A DNA stretch of 64,000 nt. It comes from Treponema sp. (GTDB lineage Bacteria; Spirochaetota; Spirochaetia; Treponematales; Breznakiellaceae). Below are positions 17,856 to 27,531 of this stretch, one piece after another. The notes beneath the pieces are model-generated. The model was not told where the DNA came from and searched no databases. It was given only the letters and a program-made list of their open reading frames with translations. The position numbers and the translations under genes are program-made. The stretch lies in assembly GCA_031266175.1 (NCBI GenBank), contig JAISBN010000139.1, positions 762 through 64,761 of the forward strand. The letters are read 5' to 3'. Every line of letters starts with the position of its first letter. Within the stretch, counting starts at the first letter, position 1.

Positions 17856-18926
17856 CTACTTAATTCCCGTCAGTTCCATTTCAAAAACCAGGAAACTGTT
17901 GGGGGGAATAACGCCGCCGGCGCCCTGTTCGCCGTATGCCAGTTCCGGGGGTATGACCACCAGGCGCTTTTCGCCGGTCCGCATATCCAGAATAGACCTG
18001 TCCCAACCGGGGATCACCTGGCCTATTCCGGCCTGGAATTCCAGGGGACCGCCGTGGGCGTCCGAGGCGTCAAAAACCTCGCCGGAAAGGAACATGCCCT
18101 TATACTGCACCTGTACCGTACTGCCGCTTTGGGGTTTGGGGCCGGTTCCCTGTTTTTGTATAAGATACTGTATTCCGCCGTCGCCGGTTTTAAGGCCCGG
18201 ATAGGCGGAGGCAATTAAAGCCAGGTCCGCTTCCCGGCGGGCCCTGGCTTTGGCGGAAGCTTCTTCAGCGGCCCGGGCTAACAGCGCGTCAAACGCGGCC
18301 TGATCGGCCTTAAAGCCCTGGGCCGCCGCACCGTTCCGCACAATGGCGATACCGGTAATCGTATCCCCCTGCTGAATCGCGTTAACTACCCGCTGGCCTT
18401 CCACTACCCTGCCAAAGATCGTGTGGTGATCGTCCAGCCAGGGAGTTTCCTTGTGGGTGATAAAGAACTGGCTGCCGTTGGTACCGGGCCCCGCGTTGGC
18501 CATGGAAAGAATTCCCGGCCCGTCGTGGCGCAGGGAAGGGTCGAATTCATCGGGAAACTGGTAACCCGGTCCGCCCCTGCCGCTGCCCAGGGGATCGCCG
18601 CCCTGGATCATAAAGTTGGGAATTACCCGGTGAAAGGCAAGGCCGTCGTAAAAAGGCTTCCCCCCGCAGACGGTCATTTTCCCCTCCGCCAGGGCAACAA
18701 AGTTACAGACGGTTAAGGGGGCTTTTTCATATTCAAGTTTAATCAGGATTTCTCCCCTGGAGGTATTAATCCTGGCATAGAGACCTTCTCCCAGCGCGGT
18801 ATTACCGGGAGAGCTTTGGGCGGAGGCCTCGTCAATAGGAATACGGGGAGGCCATTTTTCGGAACAGGAAAAAAGAAAGACGGAAATAACCGCGGGAACC
18901 CAACAGAGTGTTTTATGTATCATCAT
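17856..18926 (-). CDS. Dual-family peptidyl-prolyl isomerase (N-terminal cyclophilin + C-terminal FKBP), probable lipoprotein
   Basis: Cyclophilin motifs [15 protein letters not shown] and [21 protein letters not shown] motifs GQVIPGWD and LVFEMEL. Possible lipobox FLFSC. Confidence 0.85.
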   Translation of the reverse strand: MMIHKTLCWVPAVISVFLFSCSEKWPPRIPIDEASAQSSPGNTALGEGLYARINTSRGEILIKLEYEKAPLTVCNFVALAEGKMTVCGGKPFYDGLAFHRVIPNFMIQGGDPLGSGRGGPGYQFPDEFDPSLRHDGPGILSMANAGPGTNGSQFFITHKETPWLDDHHTIFGRVVEGQRVVNAIQQGDTITGIAIVRNGAAAQGFKADQAAFDALLARAAEEASAKARARREADLALIASAYPGLKTGDGGIQYLIQKQGTGPKPQSGSTVQVQYKGMFLSGEVFDASDAHGGPLEFQAGIGQVIPGWDRSILDMRTGEKRLVVIPPELAYGEQGAGGVIPPNSFLVFEMELTGIK

Positions 18927-18941
18927 ATATAAATCCTACCA

Positions 18942-18970
18942 TAGACACTGGCGGTTTTTCAATCTATAAT
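18942..18970 (+). promoter_or_regulatory. Promoter TAGACA-N17-TATAAT placed 8 nt before the ATG (leaderless-type)
   Basis: -35 at 18942-18947, -10 at 18965-18970, ATG at 18979. No SD in between. Confidence 0.45.
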
Positions 18971-18978
18971 GCAGAATA

Positions 18979-21165
18979 ATGGATATTACCGAGATTCAGG
19001 ATGAACTGCTTCGCCTTGAATACCCGAATTTACTCCCCGATCACGATCCCGATATAGAACGTTACTACTACCTGCGGTCCATGGGTCAGGCCCGGGACGC
19101 CATGACCATTTATCAAAACCGGCTCAAGTTCCGGTATCCGGATGATAGTTTTCGCACATGGCTGCTCCGATCGTACCGCAGCCACGATCCCGCTTTCAGG
19201 GGCCTTCTGGCCAAGGGATACCGCCTGCTGGCGGTCCGTTCCCTGGAGCGGGTAAAGAATATCATCATCTATATTGCGGAAAGGGCCGAATCGTACAACG
19301 AAAAAGACGTTTATTCCACGATAAAAACGGCGGAGGAAATACTGCAATTCCTTCCCCCCGAACGGTACGAAGCGGTGGCGGGGATGGAACGCTTCCTCCG
19401 TTACGCCAGTGTCCTTGATCTGAAAGTTCCCTCCATCGCAAAAGCCGTGGAGCTGGTCCGGGCCTACCTGACCGACAGTCTGGCGGTGGTGGAAGAAGAA
19501 CGAAAACGCCGCTCCGAAACCCTGTCCCGGATGGAAGAAGCGGAACGCCAGCGGCTGGTACAGGCGGACTGGGACAGTTACTATTCCCAGAAAAAATACG
19601 GCGTCCACGCTCCGCTGATTGATCTTTCGGCGGTGGTTTTTTCCCCGGCGGATCTGAACCGGATCGAGATTCCCCCCTTTCCCCGGATTGAAGATCAGAT
19701 CCTGGGGTACTGCGTCAAATACTGGAATTTGGTGGACGATCCCGCCTTTGAGCGAATCCTGTTCCTCTATTCCCGTAAATACGGAAAAAAGAACTACGAA
19801 GTGTTTATGTCCATCCGCCGGGGAAGGCAGGCGAATCACCGGGATGATGAAATCCTCGCTTCCATTATGAGCGTTTTGGTAACCGGTTATTACTACTCCA
19901 TTCAGGGTGATATTTACCTGCAGCGGAACTGGAATACCATTAAGCATATCCTGGCCAACCAGGAGCCGCCGAAGGCCCTGCCGGCTCCCGCGGCGCCAAA
20001 GGCGATTGCGGCGCCCGCCGGGGCAAGACGGGCAGCGGTAAAAACCGGGGCAAAAAAGGCTGTGACAAAACAAGCCGGGGCAAAACAGGCCCCGGTAAAG
20101 CGGACAAAAGATACCGCGAAGAAACAGACCGCCATACCACAGACGGCTCAGGAAAAGGCGGTCAGGGAACGCCCTGTCCGGAAGCTTGCATCCAGGCTGG
20201 TTCCCGGGGCAAAATCAAAAACGGCGCCCAGAATTGCGCCGCCGCCGGTTAAGCCGAAAAACCGGCCCGCGGCGGTAGTGGCTAAACCGGCGGGCAGGGC
20301 CGCGGAACGCGCGCCGGCAAAATCCGTGAAGGTCCCGTATAAATTACAACCCGCCCGGGAGCCGAAGACAACTATCGTGGCCCGGCAGGCCAGGGCCTTA
20401 CAAAAACCCGCGGCCCCGCGGCCCGGACCAAAGCCCGCGGTTCCGGTCCGGGCGGCGCCAAAACCGACCGCTATTCCGTCGAAGCCGGCTCAGCCGTCGA
20501 GACCGGCCGTTGCCATTCCGCCGAAGCCCGCCCAGCCGCCGAGACCGGCCGTTGCCATCCCGCCGAAGCCCGCCCAGCCGCCAAGACCAGCCGTCGCTGT
20601 TCCGCCAAAACCGGTCCAGCCGCCAAGACCAGCCGCCGCTGTTCCGCCGAAGCCGGCTCAACCGCCGTGGCCGGCCGCCGCTGTTCCGCCGAAACCGGCC
20701 CAGCCGCCGAGACCGGCCATTGCCGCTTCGTCCCTGCCGTCCAAACCGCTGGCTTCGGCGCCGCCGGTTCAGCCGGGAGGATACCGGCCCGCTCCCTATG
20801 TTACCGCGTCTTCTCCGCCCAGCCGGCCCAAGCCCAAGGTGTTTACCCCCAAGACGCTGGAAAAGGCCAAGGGGTCGGTATCGGACAGGCTTAAACAGCT
20901 TTCGGGCCGTTCCTACGATGTCTACGAAGACCGCTTCCTGTCAAAGGCCAGGACCGTTATACGCAAGGTGCTGGGAATCGGCCGGGGACTGTTCTTTAAT
21001 CTTCCCGAAGAAGCGGAAGATCTGATATACAACTTTCTTCGGGATCACTATTCGGATCCCTATATGGACTGGGAAGACAGCGCCGAACGCAGGAGCCTTG
21101 CTTCCATGGGTTTTGAGCTGTCGTCCCTGAATCCGGTTATCGACGAATGTTACAAATTACTGTAA
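18979..21165 (+). CDS. Hypothetical cytoplasmic protein with Lys/Ala/Pro-rich basic tract and 6 x 14-aa proline-rich repeats between two globular ends
   Basis: 728 aa with no signal peptide. The central region is AKP-rich (AAPKAIAAPAGARRAAVKTGAKKAVTKQAGAKQAPVKR...), followed by (A/V)(I/V)PPKPAQPPRPA(V/A)A repeats. Confidence 0.7.
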   Translation: MDITEIQDELLRLEYPNLLPDHDPDIERYYYLRSMGQARDAMTIYQNRLKFRYPDDSFRTWLLRSYRSHDPAFRGLLAKGYRLLAVRSLERVKNIIIYIAERAESYNEKDVYSTIKTAEEILQFLPPERYEAVAGMERFLRYASVLDLKVPSIAKAVELVRAYLTDSLAVVEEERKRRSETLSRMEEAERQRLVQADWDSYYSQKKYGVHAPLIDLSAVVFSPADLNRIEIPPFPRIEDQILGYCVKYWNLVDDPAFERILFLYSRKYGKKNYEVFMSIRRGRQANHRDDEILASIMSVLVTGYYYSIQGDIYLQRNWNTIKHILANQEPPKALPAPAAPKAIAAPAGARRAAVKTGAKKAVTKQAGAKQAPVKRTKDTAKKQTAIPQTAQEKAVRERPVRKLASRLVPGAKSKTAPRIAPPPVKPKNRPAAVVAKPAGRAAERAPAKSVKVPYKLQPAREPKTTIVARQARALQKPAAPRPGPKPAVPVRAAPKPTAIPSKPAQPSRPAVAIPPKPAQPPRPAVAIPPKPAQPPRPAVAVPPKPVQPPRPAAAVPPKPAQPPWPAAAVPPKPAQPPRPAIAASSLPSKPLASAPPVQPGGYRPAPYVTASSPPSRPKPKVFTPKTLEKAKGSVSDRLKQLSGRSYDVYEDRFLSKARTVIRKVLGIGRGLFFNLPEEAEDLIYNFLRDHYSDPYMDWEDSAERRSLASMGFELSSLNPVIDECYKLL
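20473..20724 (+). repeat. 6 x 42-bp in-frame tandem repeat inside the 728-aa gene
   Basis: Units at 20473, 20515, 20557, 20599, 20641 and 20683. Confidence 0.9.
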
Positions 21166-21175
21166 GGGAGCGCTT

Positions 21176-22168
21176 ATGAATCCACGGCGGGGTAAGGTAA
21201 ACAGGGCGCTGGCATGGGCGTTGCTGCCGGTTCTGCTGGCTGTAAGCGGCTGCGGAGCCAAATCCGGCGCTGCCGCTGTAGATGAGGATTATAGTTTTTC
21301 CGGAGATGGCGCCGATCTTAACGGCGACCTTGAATACCGGGAAACGGAATTCCGGGGGACAGGCTTCAACCCGGAAGAAACGGATGTCCCGGCGGATGAA
21401 GGTAACCGTTCTCCCGGAGACGGTCCTTCCGGTCCCGGGGCTGTTCCGGGGAAAACCCGCAAGTTGGTAAAAAAGGCGGATGTTTCCATAGAAGCGGATA
21501 AATCACTCCTTGACAAGGACGGCAAACTGACGGGGGTAAACCAAAGGATGGACGGGCTCCTGAAGCAATACGGCGCCTACTCGGAGTACTCCCTTTCCGA
21601 TGAAGATTCGGCCCGGTATACCATACGGGTACCCCAGGTTTCCTACGAGTCCATGCTTTCCGCTGTGGGCGTCCTGGGCAAAATCAGGTCCCGCAGCGAA
21701 ACCGCGGAGGACGTGACCCTTAAGTACTACGATCTTGAAGGACGGCTCAATACCAGAAAGACCCTGCTGGGTACCTTCCAGGGTTATCTGGGCAGAGCCC
21801 AGAACATCGACGACATTATGAAAATCGAAACCCGGATTGCGGATTTGCAGGCTGAAATTGACCGGCTGGGAACACAGCTGCAGGAGCTGGCAAGTCTTGT
21901 GGACTATGCCACCATTGAACTCTCCATAGACAGTCCCGGCGTTTCTTCGGATTACGGCCTGCCGGAAAAAATACGGGATCTTTTTGCCGCTTTCCGCGGT
22001 TTTGCCTCTGGCGGCCTCCTGGTCGTTCTGGGGATCATCATTTTCGGCCTGCCGCTTGTCATCATCTTCCTGCTGGCATACTGGCTTTTCTTTGGCAGGG
22101 TGGGACTCCTTAAAAAAGCCTTCCGCCTGGCGGTACGCGGCAGGGACACGGATATTAAGAAAGAATAA
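21176..22168 (+). CDS. DUF4349-like lipoprotein (coiled coil plus C-terminal TM helices)
   Basis: Lipobox LLAVSGC, central coiled coil, hydrophobic C-terminus LVVLGIIIFGLPLVIIFLLAYWLFF. Confidence 0.6.
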   Translation: MNPRRGKVNRALAWALLPVLLAVSGCGAKSGAAAVDEDYSFSGDGADLNGDLEYRETEFRGTGFNPEETDVPADEGNRSPGDGPSGPGAVPGKTRKLVKKADVSIEADKSLLDKDGKLTGVNQRMDGLLKQYGAYSEYSLSDEDSARYTIRVPQVSYESMLSAVGVLGKIRSRSETAEDVTLKYYDLEGRLNTRKTLLGTFQGYLGRAQNIDDIMKIETRIADLQAEIDRLGTQLQELASLVDYATIELSIDSPGVSSDYGLPEKIRDLFAAFRGFASGGLLVVLGIIIFGLPLVIIFLLAYWLFFGRVGLLKKAFRLAVRGRDTDIKKE

Positions 22169-22190
22169 GGCAAGGAGTAAAAAGTTTGCC

Positions 22191-22751
22191 ATGGCTATTG
22201 TAAACAAAGCGCGAAAAAACGGATTCTTTGTAAAAAACCTGCGGAATTTTTTTGAACACCGGGCGCTGTGGATGTACCTGCTCTGCGACGAAGCCCGTAA
22301 ACAGGGGGCCGATCCGGCAAGCTTCGCTCCCGCCGCCATACGCCGCTGCGGCATCTATCACGGGATCCGGGCGATCACCGGCATCCAGGACGCTGCGGCC
22401 CAGGCGGAATCTGACCGCCGCGGACACGGAGTGGAAGGTTCCGGTAAACAGAAAGGGGTTAGCTGTAGGGCGCTGCAAAAAAAACTCTTTCCCCCGGCGG
22501 GGCAGGCGATCTTTGAAATGAAATTCCGCGGGCTGACCGACGATGTTTTTGATGTGGACTTCCACTACTGTCCCCTGGTTTCGGCCTGGAAAAAGCAGGG
22601 ATGCGGCGATGATGAATGCGACAAACTCTGCGACTGGGCCATGGAAGGGGACCGGGGCATTGCCGAAGCCTTTGGTTGCGAACTGGAACTGAAAAAAACT
22701 ATCGCCCGGGGTGATGATATCTGTCAGATCCGCTTCCGCCGGAAACAATAA
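22191..22751 (+). CDS. ATC-hydrolase-family (L-2-amino-thiazoline-4-carboxylate hydrolase-like) Cys-rich protein
   Basis: Start moved to the ATG at 22191 (MAIVNKARKNGFF...). The C-terminal Cys pattern HYCPLV...GCGDDECDKLCDW...GDDICQIRF is as I remember for PF14196-type proteins. Confidence 0.5.
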   Translation: MAIVNKARKNGFFVKNLRNFFEHRALWMYLLCDEARKQGADPASFAPAAIRRCGIYHGIRAITGIQDAAAQAESDRRGHGVEGSGKQKGVSCRALQKKLFPPAGQAIFEMKFRGLTDDVFDVDFHYCPLVSAWKKQGCGDDECDKLCDWAMEGDRGIAEAFGCELELKKTIARGDDICQIRFRRKQ

Positions 22752-22753
22752 GT

Positions 22754-23599
22754 ATGGGGGGATTTGTATACGAGACCCACCTCCATACCCGGCAGGCCAG
22801 CGCCTGCGGCGTTTCCCGGGGCGCCGACTATGTCCGGCGTTACCAGGATGCGGGCTTTACCGGCATTATGGTGACCGATCATTTTTTTAACAGCAATACC
22901 ACTGTAGACCGCCGAAAGTCCTGGTCCGAATGGGTCAAGGGTTTTTGTTCCGGCTACGAAGATGCCCGGAACGAAGGGGAAAAGCGGGGACTGGATGTGT
23001 TCTTTGGCTGGGAAGAAACCTTTGACGGCGATGATTATTTGATCTACGGCCTGGACAAGGCGTGGCTCCTGGAACACCCCGAAATGATCCGCTGGACCAG
23101 AAAAGAGCAGGCCCGGGAAGTACGCCGATCCGGGGGCTGTGTGGTTCACGCCCACCCTTTCAGGCAGCACAGTTACATAGACACGATACACCTGGCTCCG
23201 CATTTTGTAGACGCCATAGAAGCCGCGAACAAGGGCAACCACGACGCGATCTACGATGCCCAGGCCCTCGAATACGCCCGGATTCTGGGGCTGCCCGCGG
23301 TGGCCGGATCGGACATCCACCATGCGGACGATTTACCGGGCCAAGCGCCCTTTGGGATCGAGGTTGAAACAAGATTTGCTTCCGCCGCGGACTATGCCGC
23401 GCTGATACTGAATAAGGGCAGCATAAAACTCAGGATACCGCCGGGCCGCTGCGATTTCCGCCGGACCGGCGATAAGCCTTTGCTGTTACCGGTGGAAATT
23501 CGGGACAGTAATGACAGAACCTCCGGTCCCCGGCGAATGACCTTTAACGAAGCGGCGGAACAGCTGGCTTTTTCCGCGGTAGGGAAAAAGGCGGGGTAG
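22754..23599 (+). CDS. PHP-domain metal-dependent phosphoesterase
   Basis: YETHLHTRQAS start (H.H motif), plus HAHPFR and GSDIHH motifs. Confidence 0.75.
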   Translation: MGGFVYETHLHTRQASACGVSRGADYVRRYQDAGFTGIMVTDHFFNSNTTVDRRKSWSEWVKGFCSGYEDARNEGEKRGLDVFFGWEETFDGDDYLIYGLDKAWLLEHPEMIRWTRKEQAREVRRSGGCVVHAHPFRQHSYIDTIHLAPHFVDAIEAANKGNHDAIYDAQALEYARILGLPAVAGSDIHHADDLPGQAPFGIEVETRFASAADYAALILNKGSIKLRIPPGRCDFRRTGDKPLLLPVEIRDSNDRTSGPRRMTFNEAAEQLAFSAVGKKAG

Positions 23600-23628
23600 C
23601 CGGAAATTTCCAGCAAAGGGAGGAACGG

Positions 23629-24798
23629 ATGAACAGAAAACTTACCGTGGGCATACTCTGCGGAGGAAAATCCGCGGAGCACGAAGTATCCCTCCAGTCG
23701 GCCAGGAATGTCTATGAAGCCATGGACCGGGAAAAGTTTAACCCTGTCCTTATCGGCATAGAAAAAAGCGGCCGTTGGATTTTTAACGCTTCCGGTTATG
23801 TGAACGATGATCGCATCGGTAGTGTCAACACCGATCCCGCCAGCAATTCCATAAACAGTTTTATTCTAAACGCCGATGATCCGGCGGCGATATGCCTGGC
23901 CCCGCAAAGTTTTTCGGCGCTTCTGCCCCCCCGTAGCGGGGGCTTTCTGTCGATAACCGGGGAATCCGGGGGAACGGCGGTTTCCGGTAAGGTTCAGCTG
24001 GACCTGATTTTTCCCATCCTCCACGGGCCTTTCGGTGAAGACGGTACGGTACAGGGCCTCCTTAAACTGGCGGAAATTCCCTTTGTAGGCCCGGGGGTCC
24101 TCGGTTCCGCCGCGGGCATGGACAAGGATGTGATGAAGCGGCTCCTCCGGGACGGCGGAGCGCCCATCGGTCAATTCCTGGTACTCCGGGATTGGGAACC
24201 TGTCCCTTCTTTTGCGGACATTACCGCCGTCCTGGGAAACCCGGTATTTGTCAAACCCTCCAATATGGGTTCCAGCGTGGGGGTAAGCAAGGTTCATGAC
24301 GAAGCGGGTTTCCGCGCCGCCCTGCGCGAAGCCTTCGTCTACGACACAAAAGTGATTCTGGAAGAAAACATCCCCGGCAGGGAAATAGAATGTTCCGTAC
24401 TGGGCAATGAAGAACCGCGGGCGTCCCTTCCCGGAGAGGTAAAGGCCGGCAGGGATTTTTATTCCTACGAGGCAAAGTACATTGACTCAGCCGGGGCAGC
24501 GCTGGAAATTCCCGCCAATCTGCCGGATGCCAAAGTTAAGGAAATACAGGCCCTGGCGGTCAAAACTTTCCGGATTCTGGAATGCCAGGGCTTATCCCGG
24601 GTAGATTTTTTTATGAAAGAGGACGGCAGGGTACTGGTAAACGAAATCAACACCATGCCGGGATTTACCAGGATCAGCATGTATCCCAAATTGTGGGAAG
24701 CCTCCGGCCTGACGTATACGGCCCTTATCACCCGGCTTATAGAACTTGCCCTGGCGCGGTTTGAAAAAGAGAAAAACCTTAAAACCAGTTACGGTTAG
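23629..24798 (+). CDS. ddl: D-alanine--D-alanine ligase
   Basis: VGILCGGKSAEHEVSLQSA, FPILHGPFGEDGTVQGLL, FVKPSNMGSSVG, EINTMPGFT. GGGAGG SD. Confidence 0.92.
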   Translation: MNRKLTVGILCGGKSAEHEVSLQSARNVYEAMDREKFNPVLIGIEKSGRWIFNASGYVNDDRIGSVNTDPASNSINSFILNADDPAAICLAPQSFSALLPPRSGGFLSITGESGGTAVSGKVQLDLIFPILHGPFGEDGTVQGLLKLAEIPFVGPGVLGSAAGMDKDVMKRLLRDGGAPIGQFLVLRDWEPVPSFADITAVLGNPVFVKPSNMGSSVGVSKVHDEAGFRAALREAFVYDTKVILEENIPGREIECSVLGNEEPRASLPGEVKAGRDFYSYEAKYIDSAGAALEIPANLPDAKVKEIQALAVKTFRILECQGLSRVDFFMKEDGRVLVNEINTMPGFTRISMYPKLWEASGLTYTALITRLIELALARFEKEKNLKTSYG

Positions 24799-24893
24799 TT
24801 AGTCAGAGTTACAGTTAGTATTGAGGGTTTTTCAAAACTTCAGTTTTTGGAAACTTCAAAGCCGGTGGAAAAACCCAACACTTTTTCCATTGC

Positions 24894-25331
24894 TCAGTTG
24901 CTTTTTGGATCCAGCCCCGGCAGATTCCATTCTTCGGGGATCTTGGTGGGCTGGCCTTTAGCATCCACAAAGGCCCAGGTAACTTTTGCCTCGGCAATCA
25001 AATCATCGTTCCGTTTTATTTCCTGGGCGATAATGCCGCTGACGGCGCCCTTTTTGATGGGCCAGGATCTGATGATAAGCACATCGTCGGGAAAGGCGGG
25101 CTGTTTGTAATCAATTTCTACCCTGGCCACATACACGCCGTAGCCGGTTCTTACCGCTTCCACATAATCGAAGCCCACGGCCTTAAGGAATTCATACCGG
25201 GCATACTCCAGGTAATGAAGATAATTGGCGTTATTTACATGATTGTAATGATCGCATTCATAGGTACGGACCTGCAAAGTACATTCACAAACCATGGGAA
25301 TAACTATATACTTAGAAAGATCTATTTTCAA
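24894..25331 (-). CDS. Acyl-CoA thioesterase, 4HBT/YbgC family
   Basis: VRTYECDHYNHVNNANYLHYLEYARYEFL hot-dog thioesterase signature. The start could instead be the internal Met at 25295. Confidence 0.8.
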   Translation of the reverse strand: MKIDLSKYIVIPMVCECTLQVRTYECDHYNHVNNANYLHYLEYARYEFLKAVGFDYVEAVRTGYGVYVARVEIDYKQPAFPDDVLIIRSWPIKKGAVSGIIAQEIKRNDDLIAEAKVTWAFVDAKGQPTKIPEEWNLPGLDPKSN

Positions 25332-25344
25332 GGAGAATTCCGGA

Positions 25345-25914
25345 ATGTTCCGCTATTGCCCCGCCTGCGCTTCCGAAAGAATCAGCTTTAAAGGGGGTAA
25401 GGTATTTATCTGCCCCGCCTGCGATTTTACCTACTACCACAATACCGCCGCCGCGACCGCCTGTCTCGTCAGAACCGGCGCGGGGCTGCTTTTCCTGGTC
25501 CGGGGCAAAGAACCGGCCAGGGGAAAGCTGGATCTGCCCGGCGGCTTTGTGGACCCCGGCGAAGGCGCGATGGACGGCCTGCGCCGGGAATTCGTTGAGG
25601 AGCTGGGCTGGGATCCGCTGACCGCAGCCGGCGGTCCTGCCGGGGAATCCGGTGCAAAAACCCAGGGAGCTTTTACGCTTTTTGCATCCTTTCCCAACAA
25701 GTACCCCTACAAAAATATTTCCTACAATACCTGCGATCTGTTTTTTTATATTGATGCCCCCTCCCTCTCCAAAAAAGATTTACGCCTGGAAGCGGCGGAA
25801 ATCGCCGAAGTACGGTTTATCAGGCCCGGGGATATCAACTATGAAGACCTGGCCTTTGAGTCCACCAAACGAGCCGTCAAAGCGTACCTGCAACAATTCC
25901 CGGCTTACCACTAA
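25345..25914 (+). CDS. NUDIX hydrolase with N-terminal zinc ribbon
   Basis: Start moved to the ATG at 25345 (AAGGAGA SD). CPAC..CPAC ribbon. Nudix box GGFVDPGEGAMDGLRREFVEELG. Confidence 0.85.
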   Translation: MFRYCPACASERISFKGGKVFICPACDFTYYHNTAAATACLVRTGAGLLFLVRGKEPARGKLDLPGGFVDPGEGAMDGLRREFVEELGWDPLTAAGGPAGESGAKTQGAFTLFASFPNKYPYKNISYNTCDLFFYIDAPSLSKKDLRLEAAEIAEVRFIRPGDINYEDLAFESTKRAVKAYLQQFPAYH

Positions 25915-26165
25915 CTCCACGAATGGCGCGGGCCGTCCAAACCCCTTTTGTCCGGATTAATTTTGAGGCATTGCGGTGTCCACCCCGGGTCCGAACCCGG
26001 CGCACATCTGCTCACATACTGGACAATGTTCTTGAAGAAGCGGTCATACGCGGGACCGCACGAAGAAATACCTGTCTGCCTCCTGTTCTATACATACCCG
26101 CGGCCATACCGCCTAAAACAAGAATCACCATCGGCATATGCTTTCCTTTTTTAAAGTAATGCTCC

Positions 26166-27161
26166 CTATATCCGAACCAGCTCATAGCGCTGGCTGCCCA
26201 GGCCGATTCGCTCGGCATACACAATCTGGTGGACCCCGCCCCGGTTTTCGATACGGTTGACCAGATCCTTTCGCTCGTTCTCCGGCCGGGCGTAGATCTG
26301 ATCCAGACTGGCCCGTTCCAGCGCGACCGGATCGGTGGAAGAGAGGATGCCAATATCCGCCAGGGTTGCCTTGGGGGCCCGGGCATCGCAGTCGCAGCTG
26401 ACCGAAAGGTTGTTCAGTACATTGATAAAGAGGATCCTGCCGTTTTTTGAGTCCATGACCGCCCGGTTGTATTCGACGATCTTTTCAAAGAACGGTTCCC
26501 CGGAAGACGAGAATCCGCCGCCGGAACCGTTGGAATGGATTGCCCCCTTCCCCCGGGGCGACGCGATACCTACCGCCATATTTTTAAAGGTCCCGCCGAA
26601 TCCCGCCAGGTTGTGTCCCTTAAAATGGGCCACCGAAATAATCCAGTCGTAGTTTCTGATATGGGCGCCCACAATCGCTTCCTTAAGCTGCCTGCCGCCC
26701 CGGACCGGGAGGCTTATGTCTCCGTCGGAGTCAAGGATGTCCACCGGCGCGTAGGTAAACCCGTGTTCCCGGGCTACCGCCAGATGTCCCTCGGTGGTGG
26801 ACCGGGCGCCGCCGTAGTAGGTATTGCTGTCCGTAAAGGTTCCCCCGGTTTCGGCGATCAGGCTTTGAAGCAGCGCCGGATTCAGATAATTGGTATTTCC
26901 CCGCTCCCCCATGTGGAGCTTCACCGCCACTTTGCCCGCAGCGCTTATCCCCAGGGCTTTGTAGGCTGCAAGAAGCCCCCGGGCGCTTATATCGGAGCTA
27001 AAGTATACCTTGCTTGCCCCCGCTGCCTGGGTCTGCCATATCTCCCCGTCCTGTTTCGGAAGGGGATCCTCAAAAGCCTTGCTTCCCAGCAGGGACAGCG
27101 CCGCCACGCCGCCGGCGGCTTTTTTGATAAACTCCCGGCGGGTCATTTCTCTGATTTTCAT
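26166..27161 (-). CDS. DUF362-domain protein with twin-arginine (Tat) signal peptide
   Basis: N-terminus MKIREMTRREFIKKAAGGVAALSLLGS matches S/T-R-R-x-F-L-K. The body resembles DUF362 (HFKGHNLAGFGGTFKNMAVG). Confidence 0.7.
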   Translation of the reverse strand: MKIREMTRREFIKKAAGGVAALSLLGSKAFEDPLPKQDGEIWQTQAAGASKVYFSSDISARGLLAAYKALGISAAGKVAVKLHMGERGNTNYLNPALLQSLIAETGGTFTDSNTYYGGARSTTEGHLAVAREHGFTYAPVDILDSDGDISLPVRGGRQLKEAIVGAHIRNYDWIISVAHFKGHNLAGFGGTFKNMAVGIASPRGKGAIHSNGSGGGFSSSGEPFFEKIVEYNRAVMDSKNGRILFINVLNNLSVSCDCDARAPKATLADIGILSSTDPVALERASLDQIYARPENERKDLVNRIENRGGVHQIVYAERIGLGSQRYELVRI

Positions 27162-27235
27162 GAAACCTCCGTAACTTTCGTCCGCCGGGAAAAAAAGCCG
27201 GACAGGGAAAGTCTTTTCCTCAAGGCTATAAGACT

Positions 27236-27263
27236 TTTACTTGCCGCGTCAATAGAGTATACT
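27236..27263 (+). promoter_or_regulatory. Promoter TTTACT-N16-TATACT placed 7 nt before the tatB-like ATG (leaderless-type)
   Basis: -10 at 27258-27263, ATG at 27271. Confidence 0.35.
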
Positions 27264-27270
27264 GGGGACC

Positions 27271-27531
27271 ATGTTCGGCGTCAGCATGGGGGAACTGGTC
27301 CTGATTTTTCTTGCCGCTTTTATCGTGGTAGGGCCCGGCCGTCTTCCCGGGCTTGCCCGTATGCTCGGCCGGTTTGTCAAAACCGCCCGGAAAGCGGTAC
27401 GGGATCTTTCCGACGCGGTGGATGCCGAATCGCCGGGTAACGCCGGCGGGTCCGGGTCTCTGGTTGACGAACTTCGGGAAGCAGGCAGGGCGGCGCGGAA
27501 CCTGGAAGACGGGTTAAAGGAGAAGTTATGA
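27271..27531 (+). CDS. tatB: Tat translocase TatB-like (TatA/E family) component
   Basis: MFGVSMGELVLIFLAAFIVVGPGRLPGLAR resembles the TatB N-terminus (TM helix plus GP..LP hinge). Confidence 0.7.
   Translation: MFGVSMGELVLIFLAAFIVVGPGRLPGLARMLGRFVKTARKAVRDLSDAVDAESPGNAGGSGSLVDELREAGRAARNLEDGLKEKL

Noticed and set aside
20398-21025. Alternative-frame ORFs (87 aa on the minus strand, 171 aa on the plus strand) over the proline-rich repeats
   Set aside because: They are repeat-induced open frames with Arg/Ser/Pro-only composition. The 728-aa frame is continuous with conserved-looking flanking domains.
26012-26137. 41-aa sORF (MPMVILVLGGMAAGMYRTGG...) downstream of the DUF362 gene, part of the track ORF 26012..26386
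   Set aside because: It has a weak AAGGAAAG SD but no other support. The larger track ORF overlaps the DUF362 coding end in another frame. It is too speculative to call.
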